A DNA stretch of 64,000 bases, taken from an uncultured Ruminococcus sp. (GTDB lineage: Bacteria > Bacillota > Clostridia > Oscillospirales > Acutalibacteraceae). The DNA lies in the NCBI GenBank assembly GCA_902796225.1, contig CADBOO010000132.1:21188-85187 (forward strand), given 5' to 3'. This document shows, in pieces, positions 20,202 to 28,941 of the stretch (positions within the stretch are counted from its first letter, which is position 1; every line of letters starts with the position of its first letter). Both the position numbers and the translations under genes were made by a program. Under the pieces are notes generated by a model. The model ran no database searches, had not been told where the DNA came from, and saw nothing but the letters and a program-made list of their open reading frames with translations.

Positions 20202-21637
20202 TATCTCGCTTCCTTTCTCTTAGCAAACCGTAGCGGTAATACGCACATGATCACACTATCCGCTTCATCGGGCGAGGTCTTTTCTGTACGTTTTTTGAAT
20301 TCATCCTTACCTTCGACCTTGATTTTGGGTCCCCTAAATTCATATTTCCTCGTTGACAGTTGCGCCACAAGTTCGGAATCGTTTGGTAGAATAACTCCAC
20401 ATTCTTTGGGATTCCCTTTATCATCCTTCGTTGAAAGCTCATCCCTAAGAACGCCCATCATCAATGACGTTGTATCATAATAGAGCTTACTCTTTTTCCC
20501 GAGAGGTAATCCAAATTGAACAGGGACGATAACCAACCGAGCGTACGTAACAGGATCCTCACGCTTTGCCCTTCTCAGATTATCGGTTACACCGCCACCA
20601 ACACCGCCATCATCGACACAAGCGACAACCAATCCATCATAGTCTGGGTATCGTTCCAGAAGGCGTATGTACTCACGCAGAATTACGTTTGCTGTCCACA
20701 CAGTATCCATACCGTTACGCTTGTGTATAATATCAATCTTCTTGTCGACGCGCTGAGATATGATCGTTTTGTCACTGCCGAATCTCGCTACGTCCGCACA
20801 AATGCGGATATGCTCTGGGATCTCCGGCTCTTCCCAATCTGTCATAATAGATTGCTCGACCAATCCAATAGGGATCAGCACATCATCCTCGTTCAAGGGG
20901 AACTCACCGAGAACACGGACGCGGTATACATTGCTATCGCGTCCATATTTCTGCGCCATCGCCTCGATATTCTCTTTGTTGGTACGAGGCGATTCCTCTG
21001 CGTTAACTGTGAAGCAGCTATATAACGCTCTGGCAGATGTGTGGCTTTCATAAAAAGAGCCCTCTGCTTTTGTCGGGTTACCAAGCAAAAGGAGCTTATT
21101 ATTCTTACCTGACAAGGTACCATTGATTGTCTCAATAATCTTATCATCTACGCCGGATGCTTCGTCGACAACAAACAGTAGATTATCGGCGTGAGAGCCT
21201 GCAATATTCTCAGGCTTAGAGGATGCAACAGCCGCCGCAAACCACACCTTTTCGGCTCCAATCATGCGAATGTATGTAGCCGTTGGATCAAGTATAGCTT
21301 GAAGTAACGGCGATTTGTTCATCCATACTGCAATTTCAGACCACAAGACATCAATAAGCTGACGCTTTGTTGGAGCAGTTGCAACAACCTTGGAGAATGG
21401 GAAGCAAACTAAAAACCATAGTATAAGTGCCGCTGTCGCCGCTGTTTTTCCAACACCCTGTCCAGATTTGACAGAAGTCCGGGGATTATCTCTTAAGGAT
21501 AATGCAACTTCGATTTGCCAGTCGTCGGGTTCGAAGTGCAAAGCCTCCCTAAAGAACAGGATCGGATTTTTGCGCCACTCTCTTATTTTTCGGGCGAAGA
21601 ATTTCCGCCGAATATCTCTATTCATCATATTCATCAC
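20201..21637 (-). CDS. Terminase large subunit
   Basis: Walker A SGQGVGKT, Walker B FVVDEASG, nuclease DVARFGSD and SPDEADS. Confidence 0.95.
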   Translation of the reverse strand: MMNMMNRDIRRKFFARKIREWRKNPILFFREALHFEPDDWQIEVALSLRDNPRTSVKSGQGVGKTAATAALILWFLVCFPFSKVVATAPTKRQLIDVLWSEIAVWMNKSPLLQAILDPTATYIRMIGAEKVWFAAAVASSKPENIAGSHADNLLFVVDEASGVDDKIIETINGTLSGKNNKLLLLGNPTKAEGSFYESHTSARALYSCFTVNAEESPRTNKENIEAMAQKYGRDSNVYRVRVLGEFPLNEDDVLIPIGLVEQSIMTDWEEPEIPEHIRICADVARFGSDKTIISQRVDKKIDIIHKRNGMDTVWTANVILREYIRLLERYPDYDGLVVACVDDGGVGGGVTDNLRRAKREDPVTYARLVIVPVQFGLPLGKKSKLYYDTTSLMMGVLRDELSTKDDKGNPKECGVILPNDSELVAQLSTRKYEFRGPKIKVEGKDEFKKRTEKTSPDEADSVIMCVLPLRFAKRKEAR

Positions 21638-22439
21638 CCATCATAGCCGCAATCCAGTCATCCGCTACGGCGTTCTTTGTAGAGCCTTTCTTATTTGCAC
21701 GGATTTGCGCCAGAGCAGAAACGGCTTTGTTCTTAGCGTTTTGTACCTTTGTCAATTCAGCTTGAAGACGAACAATGATGTTATATGTGGCTTCTGTAGA
21801 TGTTTGAATATTCTGCTCTTGGCCTAAATAACTGATTTTGCCCTCTGCAATCTTTTGTTCTTTTAACTCTTCAAAACGTACCCTTTCTCTTTTTCCTTTT
21901 ACATCATTAGAAAATACCCGCTTAGTCTGGAAGGTGGAAACGCTGTTGACGGCCAATCCGCTTTTACTCTTTCCCTTTTCATCAACCGCGAACTCCATAT
22001 CCTCATACTTTTTAAGGGCATTCATTAAATGAATCTCCCTTATAGTACACAGATCTATCTGTCTTTCAAGCTGAGCTTCTTCATCCAGTTGCTCCTCTTC
22101 AAGCATTTTCCTTTCTTCGTCAGAGAGGGTATCCCAATAGATACTGGAATACCCTCCGTGTTTTAACGCTTTTTGATTGCCAACCGGACCACCGCCGCTA
22201 TTTCCGACAGCGTTCTTATTCCCCGGCTGCGCTCCTTTTTTTCGGAGCGTTTTTTCGGAACGCTCCTTTTTTGAGTGTTCCTTTATTTTTTGTTCCCATC
22301 TATCTTCTGACTTCCACTTTCTTACTTGATTGTCGGGAACTCCGAGCGTAGCGGCAATGTCTTTGATTTTCGCTTTACCGTCGGACTTCGCCCATATGTC
22401 ATAGGCTTTATCCCTCGCGGGGTTTCTTGCCCTGCCCAC
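21618..22439 (-). CDS. Terminase small subunit (YqaS-like)
   Basis: N-terminal HTH (VRKWKSEDRW), GAQPGNKNA and GNQKALKHG motifs. Confidence 0.9.
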   Translation of the reverse strand: MGRARNPARDKAYDIWAKSDGKAKIKDIAATLGVPDNQVRKWKSEDRWEQKIKEHSKKERSEKTLRKKGAQPGNKNAVGNSGGGPVGNQKALKHGGYSSIYWDTLSDEERKMLEEEQLDEEAQLERQIDLCTIREIHLMNALKKYEDMEFAVDEKGKSKSGLAVNSVSTFQTKRVFSNDVKGKRERVRFEELKEQKIAEGKISYLGQEQNIQTSTEATYNIIVRLQAELTKVQNAKNKAVSALAQIRANKKGSTKNAVADDWIAAMMGDEYDE

Positions 22440-22489
22440 ATCTGCGCCCTTCCTTTCAATTTCGATATTCGAGTGGTTTTGTCAATTTA

Positions 22490-23011
22490 TCAGATCTTTG
22501 TAATAAGCTCCGCCTGCGAATATTCCTTAACATCCTTTGTCATAAGCTCAAGGAATTCCTCGCGATCGAAGTTTGAAAGCCTGAAAATCTCTTCCGGTTT
22601 CATGCCGAGCTGCTTACTGATCTCGGTTATTGACTTGCCCTCATTCATAAGGCGGCTGACAATAGCCTTCATCGGTTCAAGCAGATGTGTACCGCGTGCC
22701 CTGTTATGGGTGACGGTACCGTATATATCCCCGCTTTCGTCGTCATGTTCAACGATTACCACAGGCACCTTACCGTCCAGCATAGACAAAAGCGGCTCCT
22801 CACCGGCAACAGTCCACCGGTGGAAGCCGTCAATTATGGTCATATCGGGACGGACAACAATCGGCAGCGTCCATCCGTTCGTCAGAATCGACTGGACCAA
22901 CAGTTTCAGATTGTCCTTTGATACCTTGTTCGGGTTCCAGTCATTTGCTTTGAGCGAATTTCGGGGAACCCATCGAAGACTCGAGAGCGGAGCTAATAGC
23001 TTTTTATCCAT
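22490..23011 (-). CDS. ibrB: IbrB-like ParB/Srx-domain protein
   Basis: ANDWNPN, GWTLPIVV, IIDGFHRW, HNRARGTH motifs; coupled to the IbrA-like gene. Confidence 0.8.
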   Translation of the reverse strand: MDKKLLAPLSSLRWVPRNSLKANDWNPNKVSKDNLKLLVQSILTNGWTLPIVVRPDMTIIDGFHRWTVAGEEPLLSMLDGKVPVVIVEHDDESGDIYGTVTHNRARGTHLLEPMKAIVSRLMNEGKSITEISKQLGMKPEEIFRLSNFDREEFLELMTKDVKEYSQAELITKI

Positions 23012-24143
23012 TCCGTATCACTCCTTTTTTCGCAACATCAACATATTTTCCGTAAACATGGTGATATAAGGCTCTCAGTGTCCTCAGCTTTGGGTCGCCG
23101 TTGATCAGTCCCTCATAGATCTTCTGGCAATCATCGTTATCGACTATCGAAGAAGCTTCCAAGAAGAAATTCCGATAGTGTGCCGCGATCTGCCGCTTAT
23201 GAGGCGTGGTGAATCTCTTGTCGAACTCGTTGAAGATTATCAACAGTTCAGCCTTATAGTCGCGTTTTGCTTGTCCTTTCTCCATTTCCTTGCGCTTTCT
23301 CGATGCTCTCCCGAACATTTCGCTATCCCAATAGAGCGCTGCGAGGTACGCGTTCGGCTCTCTGCGGATGATACGCTCCATCAAATCGGGATAATACTCG
23401 TTCATCTGAACAAGCGATCGGGATGTGTCTATGGAAAAGAACTGTGATACACGGAGTTGGCGCCGGTTCATACCGACTTGCCATAGGTATAGGTAAATCT
23501 CCGGGATTTTGACGTTTTCATTTTTCAGATAAAGCCAGACGTCTTTATCTTTCCAATCATATATCGGGTAGAGCTTTTTCTTCCCCTTGTATTTATTGGC
23601 GGCTCTTCTGGCTTGCGCCTGTAATCGTTGCAGGCTCTCCGCTACCCTGACTCCGATGATCGTGATACCATCGAGGCACAAGCGGTCAAGGAAATCTTGA
23701 TAGGTATCTTTCCGGTGCCTCAGCAAAGGATGATCCCGAATAGCGAACTTCGGGGGCTGCCGCACCCAGACGTCTTTCTTCTGACTGTCCCAGCAGATAA
23801 AGCTCTCGTCGTTCGACAATTCGTTAAAACAGTTGAAGTGCCGGACTTCGATGCAATACCAATCGAACCGCGCTCCGGCAAGAATGAATTTCTTGCGCCA
23901 TTCAATAACAGTACGCTCAATACAGGAGTAAATAGCCTCTTCGTCAATGAAGTGGACTATCAGTTGCTTCGGATTGATCTTCCCCTCTTGTATGAGTTTA
24001 AGGACAACATGCGCCAGACATAAGCTGTCTTTCCCTCCGGAGAACGCCATATAGACCGTTAATCCGTTATTGAAGATATTGATAATGCGCTGCCGAGCGG
24101 CGTCAACCACGTTGATCTTGCCGGTCAATCGTTTTACAGCCAT
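23004..24143 (-). CDS. ibrA: IbrA-like PAPS-reductase-family PP-loop protein
   Basis: FSGGKDS PP-loop, FIDEEA, GVRVAESLQR, YPIYDWKDKDVW. Confidence 0.85.
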   Translation of the reverse strand: MAVKRLTGKINVVDAARQRIINIFNNGLTVYMAFSGGKDSLCLAHVVLKLIQEGKINPKQLIVHFIDEEAIYSCIERTVIEWRKKFILAGARFDWYCIEVRHFNCFNELSNDESFICWDSQKKDVWVRQPPKFAIRDHPLLRHRKDTYQDFLDRLCLDGITIIGVRVAESLQRLQAQARRAANKYKGKKKLYPIYDWKDKDVWLYLKNENVKIPEIYLYLWQVGMNRRQLRVSQFFSIDTSRSLVQMNEYYPDLMERIIRREPNAYLAALYWDSEMFGRASRKRKEMEKGQAKRDYKAELLIIFNEFDKRFTTPHKRQIAAHYRNFFLEASSIVDNDDCQKIYEGLINGDPKLRTLRALYHHVYGKYVDVAKKGVIRNG

Positions 24144-24748
24144 AATATCTTCTCACCACATTTCGGGCAAATCACAAATGGCTTTTCGTCGTCCGGGGAC
24201 TGTTCTTCCACAGCACCCGGCGGCGCTGACGGCTCAGCAGGCGCCTGATTATTACTTATCGGTAATATTTCTTCACGTTTTCGCTCCGTTTCCTTGATTT
24301 CTTCGATCTCATCGTCATCGAGCGTTCCATATGTGGAAATCTTCTCGGTGATCTCGTCGGCTTCGGCGGCCATCGACTGCAAGATATCTTCATCAAAGCC
24401 GGGAACGTCATAATCATCCCCCAACTCTTCAAGGAATGAATTAAGCCCCTCGAGATCATCGACGCCAAGGTTGAATATCCTGTTGTCGGCGATCATCAGC
24501 TTTTTCTTCTGATTCTCTGTCAGATCTGTAATCTTATAGCAGTCGGCTTCGGCGATACCGGCTTTTTTGAGAGCTTCCACAAGTCCGTTACCGGCGAGGA
24601 TCATGTTATCCTCATCGACTACAACAGGACGAATCTGCCCGAACATCTTCACGCTGCGCACAAATTCGTCGATCTGCTTTTCAGTGTGAAGTCTGACGTT
24701 TCTTTCCGGCTTTCTGAGTAGCGAAACCTTTATCTTGATGATATTCAT
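24134..24748 (-). CDS. ParB/Srx N-terminal domain protein with C-terminal CPxCG knuckle
   Basis: NVRLH, FGQIRPVVVD, ILAGNG, IADNR, CPKCG. Confidence 0.85.
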   Translation of the reverse strand: MNIIKIKVSLLRKPERNVRLHTEKQIDEFVRSVKMFGQIRPVVVDEDNMILAGNGLVEALKKAGIAEADCYKITDLTENQKKKLMIADNRIFNLGVDDLEGLNSFLEELGDDYDVPGFDEDILQSMAAEADEITEKISTYGTLDDDEIEEIKETERKREEILPISNNQAPAEPSAPPGAVEEQSPDDEKPFVICPKCGEKILWL

Positions 24749-26115
24749 GCCCTCGCCCCCTTAACCTTGGTGACGATCACGGCGACAATACCGGACATCA
24801 ATACGGTGGTCAGACTGCCGATAGTCTTGACCATCGCGATATTGGCGATATTACCGTAGGCGAAGATCGGAAGGCCAACTATCAGAGCGACGATAATGCC
24901 CCAGAATACGCCCTGCTCCGAGAGTTTCTTGCCTTTGAGGGTAATAACCGTCGGGAGCAGCGTAGACGCTCTCAGCGTACCGTAGAACAAAAACAGGGTG
25001 GTTACAGTCAGACCGGGGATGTTTGCTATTCCGATTGCGATAACCAGCAGGACGATCATGCTGATCTTTGATACCTTGATATCGTCCTTCGGTTTGAAGT
25101 CTGACGTCAGGGACGCAGTCGAGCAAAGGTTAGAGTCAACCGTCGAGAGCAGACCGCTCAAAATCATAAAGAGGAACGGTATCAGCACCCACGACGGAAG
25201 TAATGATTTGATAAATTCAAAATTCACCATTCCGGAGTCATTCGCAACGAATCCGCTGCCGGCGGCGGTGAAGCCGATCGCGCCGAGCATGATCGGCACA
25301 AGGGCAAAAATAAAGCCGCCCAGGACAAATGCTTTGCCGATGGACTTCTTTCTGATCGAAAAAGCCCTCTGCCAGAAGCTCTGGTCGCCGAACGGTCCGG
25401 AGATTAAGCCGATCGCTGTCGGGATTCCGAATGACAACGCGACCTCCCAGCCCTTATCGCTGAAAAGGTTGCCAAATTCGCCTGAGATACCGCTTAATCC
25501 GCTAAATAATGTGTTTATATTCCCCGCTCTGGAAATCGTCATGGGAACTAACAGAGCGCACGTCAGGAGTATAAAGATGATTTGTATGTTATCAGTTATT
25601 ACAGACGCCTTAATTCCGGAGATCTGCGAGTAAGAGAACGCTACCACCGCAAGGATGATCGTCAGCAGCCAGAACGGTATACCAGTGATCATATTGAGGA
25701 TCTTACTGCCGGCGAGCAGCTGCACGGCAGTCGACAGAACCGATAAGCTCCCGAGCTGGAATTGATAGATCCCTCTGACCTTTTTCGATTTGTAGGTTTC
25801 GCCCATATACCCGGACAAGGTGATCCCCTCGGGCATCTGCTCCCTGATCTTCTTTGCGAAAGGAATAAACAGAAATAGGCACAGCACATTCGGCACCAAG
25901 AACCACAGCAATCCGACGATGCCGCTGGAATACGCTTTCTCAACGGATGTGAACAGCGCCGGAGCCCATATCCATGTAGCGGCGACACTCAGCGCCGATA
26001 CAATGGTACCGATATTTCTGTCTGCAACGTGGAAATTACTCTTTTTCCGCGAAAAAATGATTGTCGCCCCGATCATAATTAGGGCGTAGATTGATAGTAC
26101 GATTATTCCGTACAT
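24745..26115 (-). CDS. Sodium:solute symporter (SSS/SLC5)-family transporter
   Basis: About 13 hydrophobic segments; ATWIWAPAL, DQSFWQRAFS, LSTVDSNL motifs. Confidence 0.85.
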   Translation of the reverse strand: MYGIIVLSIYALIMIGATIIFSRKKSNFHVADRNIGTIVSALSVAATWIWAPALFTSVEKAYSSGIVGLLWFLVPNVLCLFLFIPFAKKIREQMPEGITLSGYMGETYKSKKVRGIYQFQLGSLSVLSTAVQLLAGSKILNMITGIPFWLLTIILAVVAFSYSQISGIKASVITDNIQIIFILLTCALLVPMTISRAGNINTLFSGLSGISGEFGNLFSDKGWEVALSFGIPTAIGLISGPFGDQSFWQRAFSIRKKSIGKAFVLGGFIFALVPIMLGAIGFTAAGSGFVANDSGMVNFEFIKSLLPSWVLIPFLFMILSGLLSTVDSNLCSTASLTSDFKPKDDIKVSKISMIVLLVIAIGIANIPGLTVTTLFLFYGTLRASTLLPTVITLKGKKLSEQGVFWGIIVALIVGLPIFAYGNIANIAMVKTIGSLTTVLMSGIVAVIVTKVKGARA

Positions 26116-26186
26116 GTTCTTCTCTCCTTTAATATGAATTATTATTGGAGAGGCGAAATACTGTACTATCCTCCTTTCTCAGCAAT

Positions 26187-26223
26187 AAAAAAAGGCTCCA
26201 AGCCGGCAGTTGCTTGAAGCCTT
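26187..26223 (-). terminator. Intrinsic terminator in the late-operon leader
   Basis: Minus strand AAGGCTTCAAGC-AACTGCCG-GCTTGGAGCCTT followed by a T-run. Confidence 0.8.
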
Positions 26224-26254
26224 CCAAAGAAATGGCGTAGAATTTTACACTATC

Positions 26255-26283
26255 ATTCTACCACAGACGAAATGATATGTCAA
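26255..26283 (-). promoter_or_regulatory. SigA-type late-operon promoter
   Basis: TTGACA-17 nt-TAGAAT with TG extension. Confidence 0.8.
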
Positions 26284-26301
26284 CGACAGTTTGGCGACAC
26301 A

Positions 26302-26913
26302 TTATTCATTATTAGAATTATAATCGTCGTTGAAGTCGTCTTCTTCAACAACAATTCCGTCAATACCGAACATAAAAGCCGCAACATCATCAATCGCCGT
26401 CTGAATATAGCGTTGAACTGTCCGGACATCAACCGCCAGTTCCATAGCAATCTGAACGACCGTCTTCTCATTCTCGTCTATGTACCGCGCGAACAATGCG
26501 TCGACCCGATCCCTTGCGATCGCATTGGGAGACCGATAACACATCTTTCTGTACTGCTCCAGTTCGGCGGTAACGTGCGCCATGATGATACCGGTCTTGG
26601 TTGCGGACGATTTGATCGAGAAAACCTGTTGCTCCGATCTGTTGCTCGGATCCCACATCATTGTGACAATATCTTCTACTTCTTCCTGCATTGATGAGTA
26701 GACAGCGGTTTCAGCGTGTTCTTTCAGCCGTCGATAGTTTTCGATCAGGAGCCGCGTATTCCGGAGCCGAAGATCACGAAATTTTTTCGCGTCCTTCTTC
26801 TGCTTCTTGCGATCCTCTTCCAGCGCCGCCCTTGCGCCCTCTTTCCCTGCGCTGGCGGCGAGCTTCTTCAACATATCTTTGACCTCGTCTGAAAGGTTAA
26901 TATTGTCCGGCAT
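26302..26913 (-). CDS. Probable late-gene regulator (C-terminal HTH)
   Basis: LRNTRLLIENYR, C-terminal HTH VQIAMELAVDVRTVQR, FGIDG; last early gene before the late promoter. Confidence 0.7.
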   Translation of the reverse strand: MPDNINLSDEVKDMLKKLAASAGKEGARAALEEDRKKQKKDAKKFRDLRLRNTRLLIENYRRLKEHAETAVYSSMQEEVEDIVTMMWDPSNRSEQQVFSIKSSATKTGIIMAHVTAELEQYRKMCYRSPNAIARDRVDALFARYIDENEKTVVQIAMELAVDVRTVQRYIQTAIDDVAAFMFGIDGIVVEEDDFNDDYNSNNE

Positions 26914-26925
26914 AGTGTTGCTCCT

Positions 26926-27069
26926 TTACAATTCACTGAGAACGTCTTTTCCCATCTGCGCCAACTTAATGACCTCGATCAGCTGAGCATCAGTCATTTT
27001 GCGGAGCTTCACCGCCTTTTCGTGAATTGCCTGTTCCTCCGGCGTTCTGCGACAGCTTCGTTTCTTCAT
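26926..27069 (-). CDS. Small phage protein (47 aa, not in ORF track)
   Basis: GGAGGTG RBS; MKKRSCRRTPEEQAIHEKAVKLRKMTDAQLIEVIK...; fills the gap. Confidence 0.65.
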   Translation of the reverse strand: MKKRSCRRTPEEQAIHEKAVKLRKMTDAQLIEVIKLAQMGKDVLSEL

Positions 27070-27511
27070 TGATTACACCTCCCTCCAGAATGGATACCGT
27101 AGCGGACAGCTCAACCTTATTCGGCTTCTCGTTTACGCCGATGACTACGAACCTTCCCTGAGCCAGAATATCATTGAAAAGGCTGAGTAAAAGCTGATTC
27201 TTCTTTTCCTCGACGCGCTGCTTCAGCTGCTTCTCGTTTCGCCCAATACGCGGGATCGTTCCCTCGGCGCGGAAGGTTTCGATCTTCGCCTTGAGGATCT
27301 GCAAACCGGAGAGGGTATCTCGCGCATCTTTCAGCTGAGATCTAAGGCTCTCAATCACGCCGGAAAGGTTCACGTTCTTTCCCTGCTCGTCATCGAGCTG
27401 ATCGCTCGTAATACGAAGATCCTCATAAAGCTTTGTGAACTCTCTATCGGTCCACCCGCCGAGTTTCTTGATGATCTTATCTTTTGCTCTTTGCTTTCTG
27501 CTTTTGTTCAT
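26990..27511 (-). CDS. Hypothetical coiled-coil phage protein
   Basis: AAGGA RBS; tandem packing in the early operon. Confidence 0.65.
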   Translation of the reverse strand: MNKSRKQRAKDKIIKKLGGWTDREFTKLYEDLRITSDQLDDEQGKNVNLSGVIESLRSQLKDARDTLSGLQILKAKIETFRAEGTIPRIGRNEKQLKQRVEEKKNQLLLSLFNDILAQGRFVVIGVNEKPNKVELSATVSILEGGVINEETKLSQNAGGTGNSRKGGEAPQND

Positions 27512-27695
27512 GTCGTTTTTCCTTTCTATGCGTTTTGATTTTATATATCAGGCTGCATCGGTAACGTTCAATGCAGCTTATCGCCAGATCGCAGGCTTCA
27601 TCGACTTCATTGTGCTGATATTCTGCTTTAAATGCCCGCATAAATGAGATCGCACGTTCGGGTATCATCTCTTGCCTCCTATTATGATAGTTCAA
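27477..27695 (-). CDS. Hypothetical phage protein
   Basis: Tight packing; EACDLAISCIE helix. Start uncertain. Confidence 0.5.
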   Translation of the reverse strand: MNYHNRRQEMIPERAISFMRAFKAEYQHNEVDEACDLAISCIERYRCSLIYKIKTHRKEKRHEQKQKAKSKR

Positions 27696-27696
27696 C

Positions 27697-27894
27697 CTAT
27701 ATTCCCAAATACTGATAACCGGTACCTTTGCAACTTACACATCGGCGTGCCGATATTTCTTCTGGAAAGAAGTCCCACACTCCTGTTCCTTCACATTCAA
27801 GACACGGGATAGACAGGACTATATCACCGACGATCTCAGCGTTGACTTCGACGACGGTTTCGCGATAGCGACCGCAGTAAACGTCGACTACCAT
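27697..27894 (-). CDS. Small DnaJ-type zinc-finger protein
   Basis: Two CxxCxGxG motifs (CLECEGTG, CVSCKGTG). Confidence 0.7.
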   Translation of the reverse strand: MVVDVYCGRYRETVVEVNAEIVGDIVLSIPCLECEGTGVWDFFPEEISARRCVSCKGTGYQYLGI

Positions 27895-28037
27895 TCTTCG
27901 TCATCATCTTCTGCTTCCTGGTCTGCTGCTCGCATAGCCTCAGCCCATTGTGACCAAATAGGGCAGTCGATAACCAAAGGGTATCTACAATTCTTTCGGT
28001 ATGATTCGCAAGAATAACAAGGTGGTTGAGTGTTCAT
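27888..28037 (-). CDS. Small Cys-rich phage protein (49 aa, not in ORF track)
   Basis: GGAGG RBS; MNTQPPCYSCESYRKNCRYPLVIDCPIW...; overlaps the next start. Confidence 0.6.
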   Translation of the reverse strand: MNTQPPCYSCESYRKNCRYPLVIDCPIWSQWAEAMRAADQEAEDDDEEW

Positions 28038-28040
28038 GTA

Positions 28041-28412
28041 TCATTCCTCCGATTCAAATACTGTTTTTGCAGACTTAATATCATTTATCGCCTGTAAAGA
28101 AGGACAATACTCAGGACAAACCCCTTTACAACAATGTTTACATAGTCTTTGCAACTTTTTTAATATTTTATCACGATCAATAAGATCGCCGTGAGGTGTC
28201 TGGATCTCAACGATCCTCTTTCCGTTATGACTTTCGCCCACCTCAAGGTTGAAGTTCCAAAGCCACCTAATAATACCAATCAAGGTATCCTTGACAACTC
28301 CCATGTGAGTAGGCATATTCATAACCTCGTGTACGGCAAGTAACTTGTCCTCGATGCTGTACTCGTCGCTGTCAAGGTTCTCACAGATAACAACAGCTTT
28401 TCCTATGCTCAT
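28041..28412 (-). CDS. Hypothetical phage protein
   Basis: GAGGAGG RBS; PHGDLIDRD motif shared with 28541-28900. Confidence 0.7.
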   Translation of the reverse strand: MSIGKAVVICENLDSDEYSIEDKLLAVHEVMNMPTHMGVVKDTLIGIIRWLWNFNLEVGESHNGKRIVEIQTPHGDLIDRDKILKKLQRLCKHCCKGVCPEYCPSLQAINDIKSAKTVFESEE

Positions 28413-28430
28413 GTCTTCCTCCTATATAGA

Positions 28431-28538
28431 TCATTCTTCAAAGTCATCATAATCATCCTCATAGTCGTCGTAGTTGTCCTCGAACTGATCGTGATATGCT
28501 TGATCGAAGCCAACGTCTTCTCCGTATGAGTAATCCAT
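28431..28538 (-). CDS. Very acidic 35-aa peptide (not in ORF track)
   Basis: GAGGAGG RBS; MDYSYGEDVGFDQAYHDQFEDNYDDYEDDYDDFEE*. Confidence 0.6.
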   Translation of the reverse strand: MDYSYGEDVGFDQAYHDQFEDNYDDYEDDYDDFEE

Positions 28539-28540
28539 TC

Positions 28541-28900
28541 TTATACCTCCTCTCTTTCAATGACTGTAGGTGCATTTTCTATTGACGCTAATACAGCGGA
28601 TAAAGGTACATTGGTATCAGCTGTTCCAGCAGCGCTTTTAATGACAGCTATCAGCCTGTCAGCGTCAATCAACCTGCCGTGTGGTGTAGGGATTTCGGAA
28701 AGAGAATAATTTCTACCGAGCACAGATAAATGGATTGTTCCATCGTGGTTAAAGGATAAATCAAAGGGAATTTTTGCCGCTCCAAACTGTACATCTTGAC
28801 CTACTTTCCAATTCCTGATAGTCCAGAGCTTTAACGTCCCTTTATCTGTTTGCACTTCCGTTTGTTTCGGCATATCCATGCCATTAATTAGTAGGCTCAT
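28541..28900 (-). CDS. Hypothetical phage protein
   Basis: AAGGAGG RBS; MSLLINGMDMPK...PHGRLIDAD...APTVIE. Confidence 0.75.
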   Translation of the reverse strand: MSLLINGMDMPKQTEVQTDKGTLKLWTIRNWKVGQDVQFGAAKIPFDLSFNHDGTIHLSVLGRNYSLSEIPTPHGRLIDADRLIAVIKSAAGTADTNVPLSAVLASIENAPTVIEREEV

Positions 28901-28941
28901 TTTTATCCTCCTTTATCTCTTCAGAACCAACATATGATAGT

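Noticed and set aside
26116-26250. Known riboswitch (preQ1, SAM, guanidine) upstream of the transporter
   Set aside because: Consensus motifs of those classes were not recognisable; kept only as an unnamed candidate.
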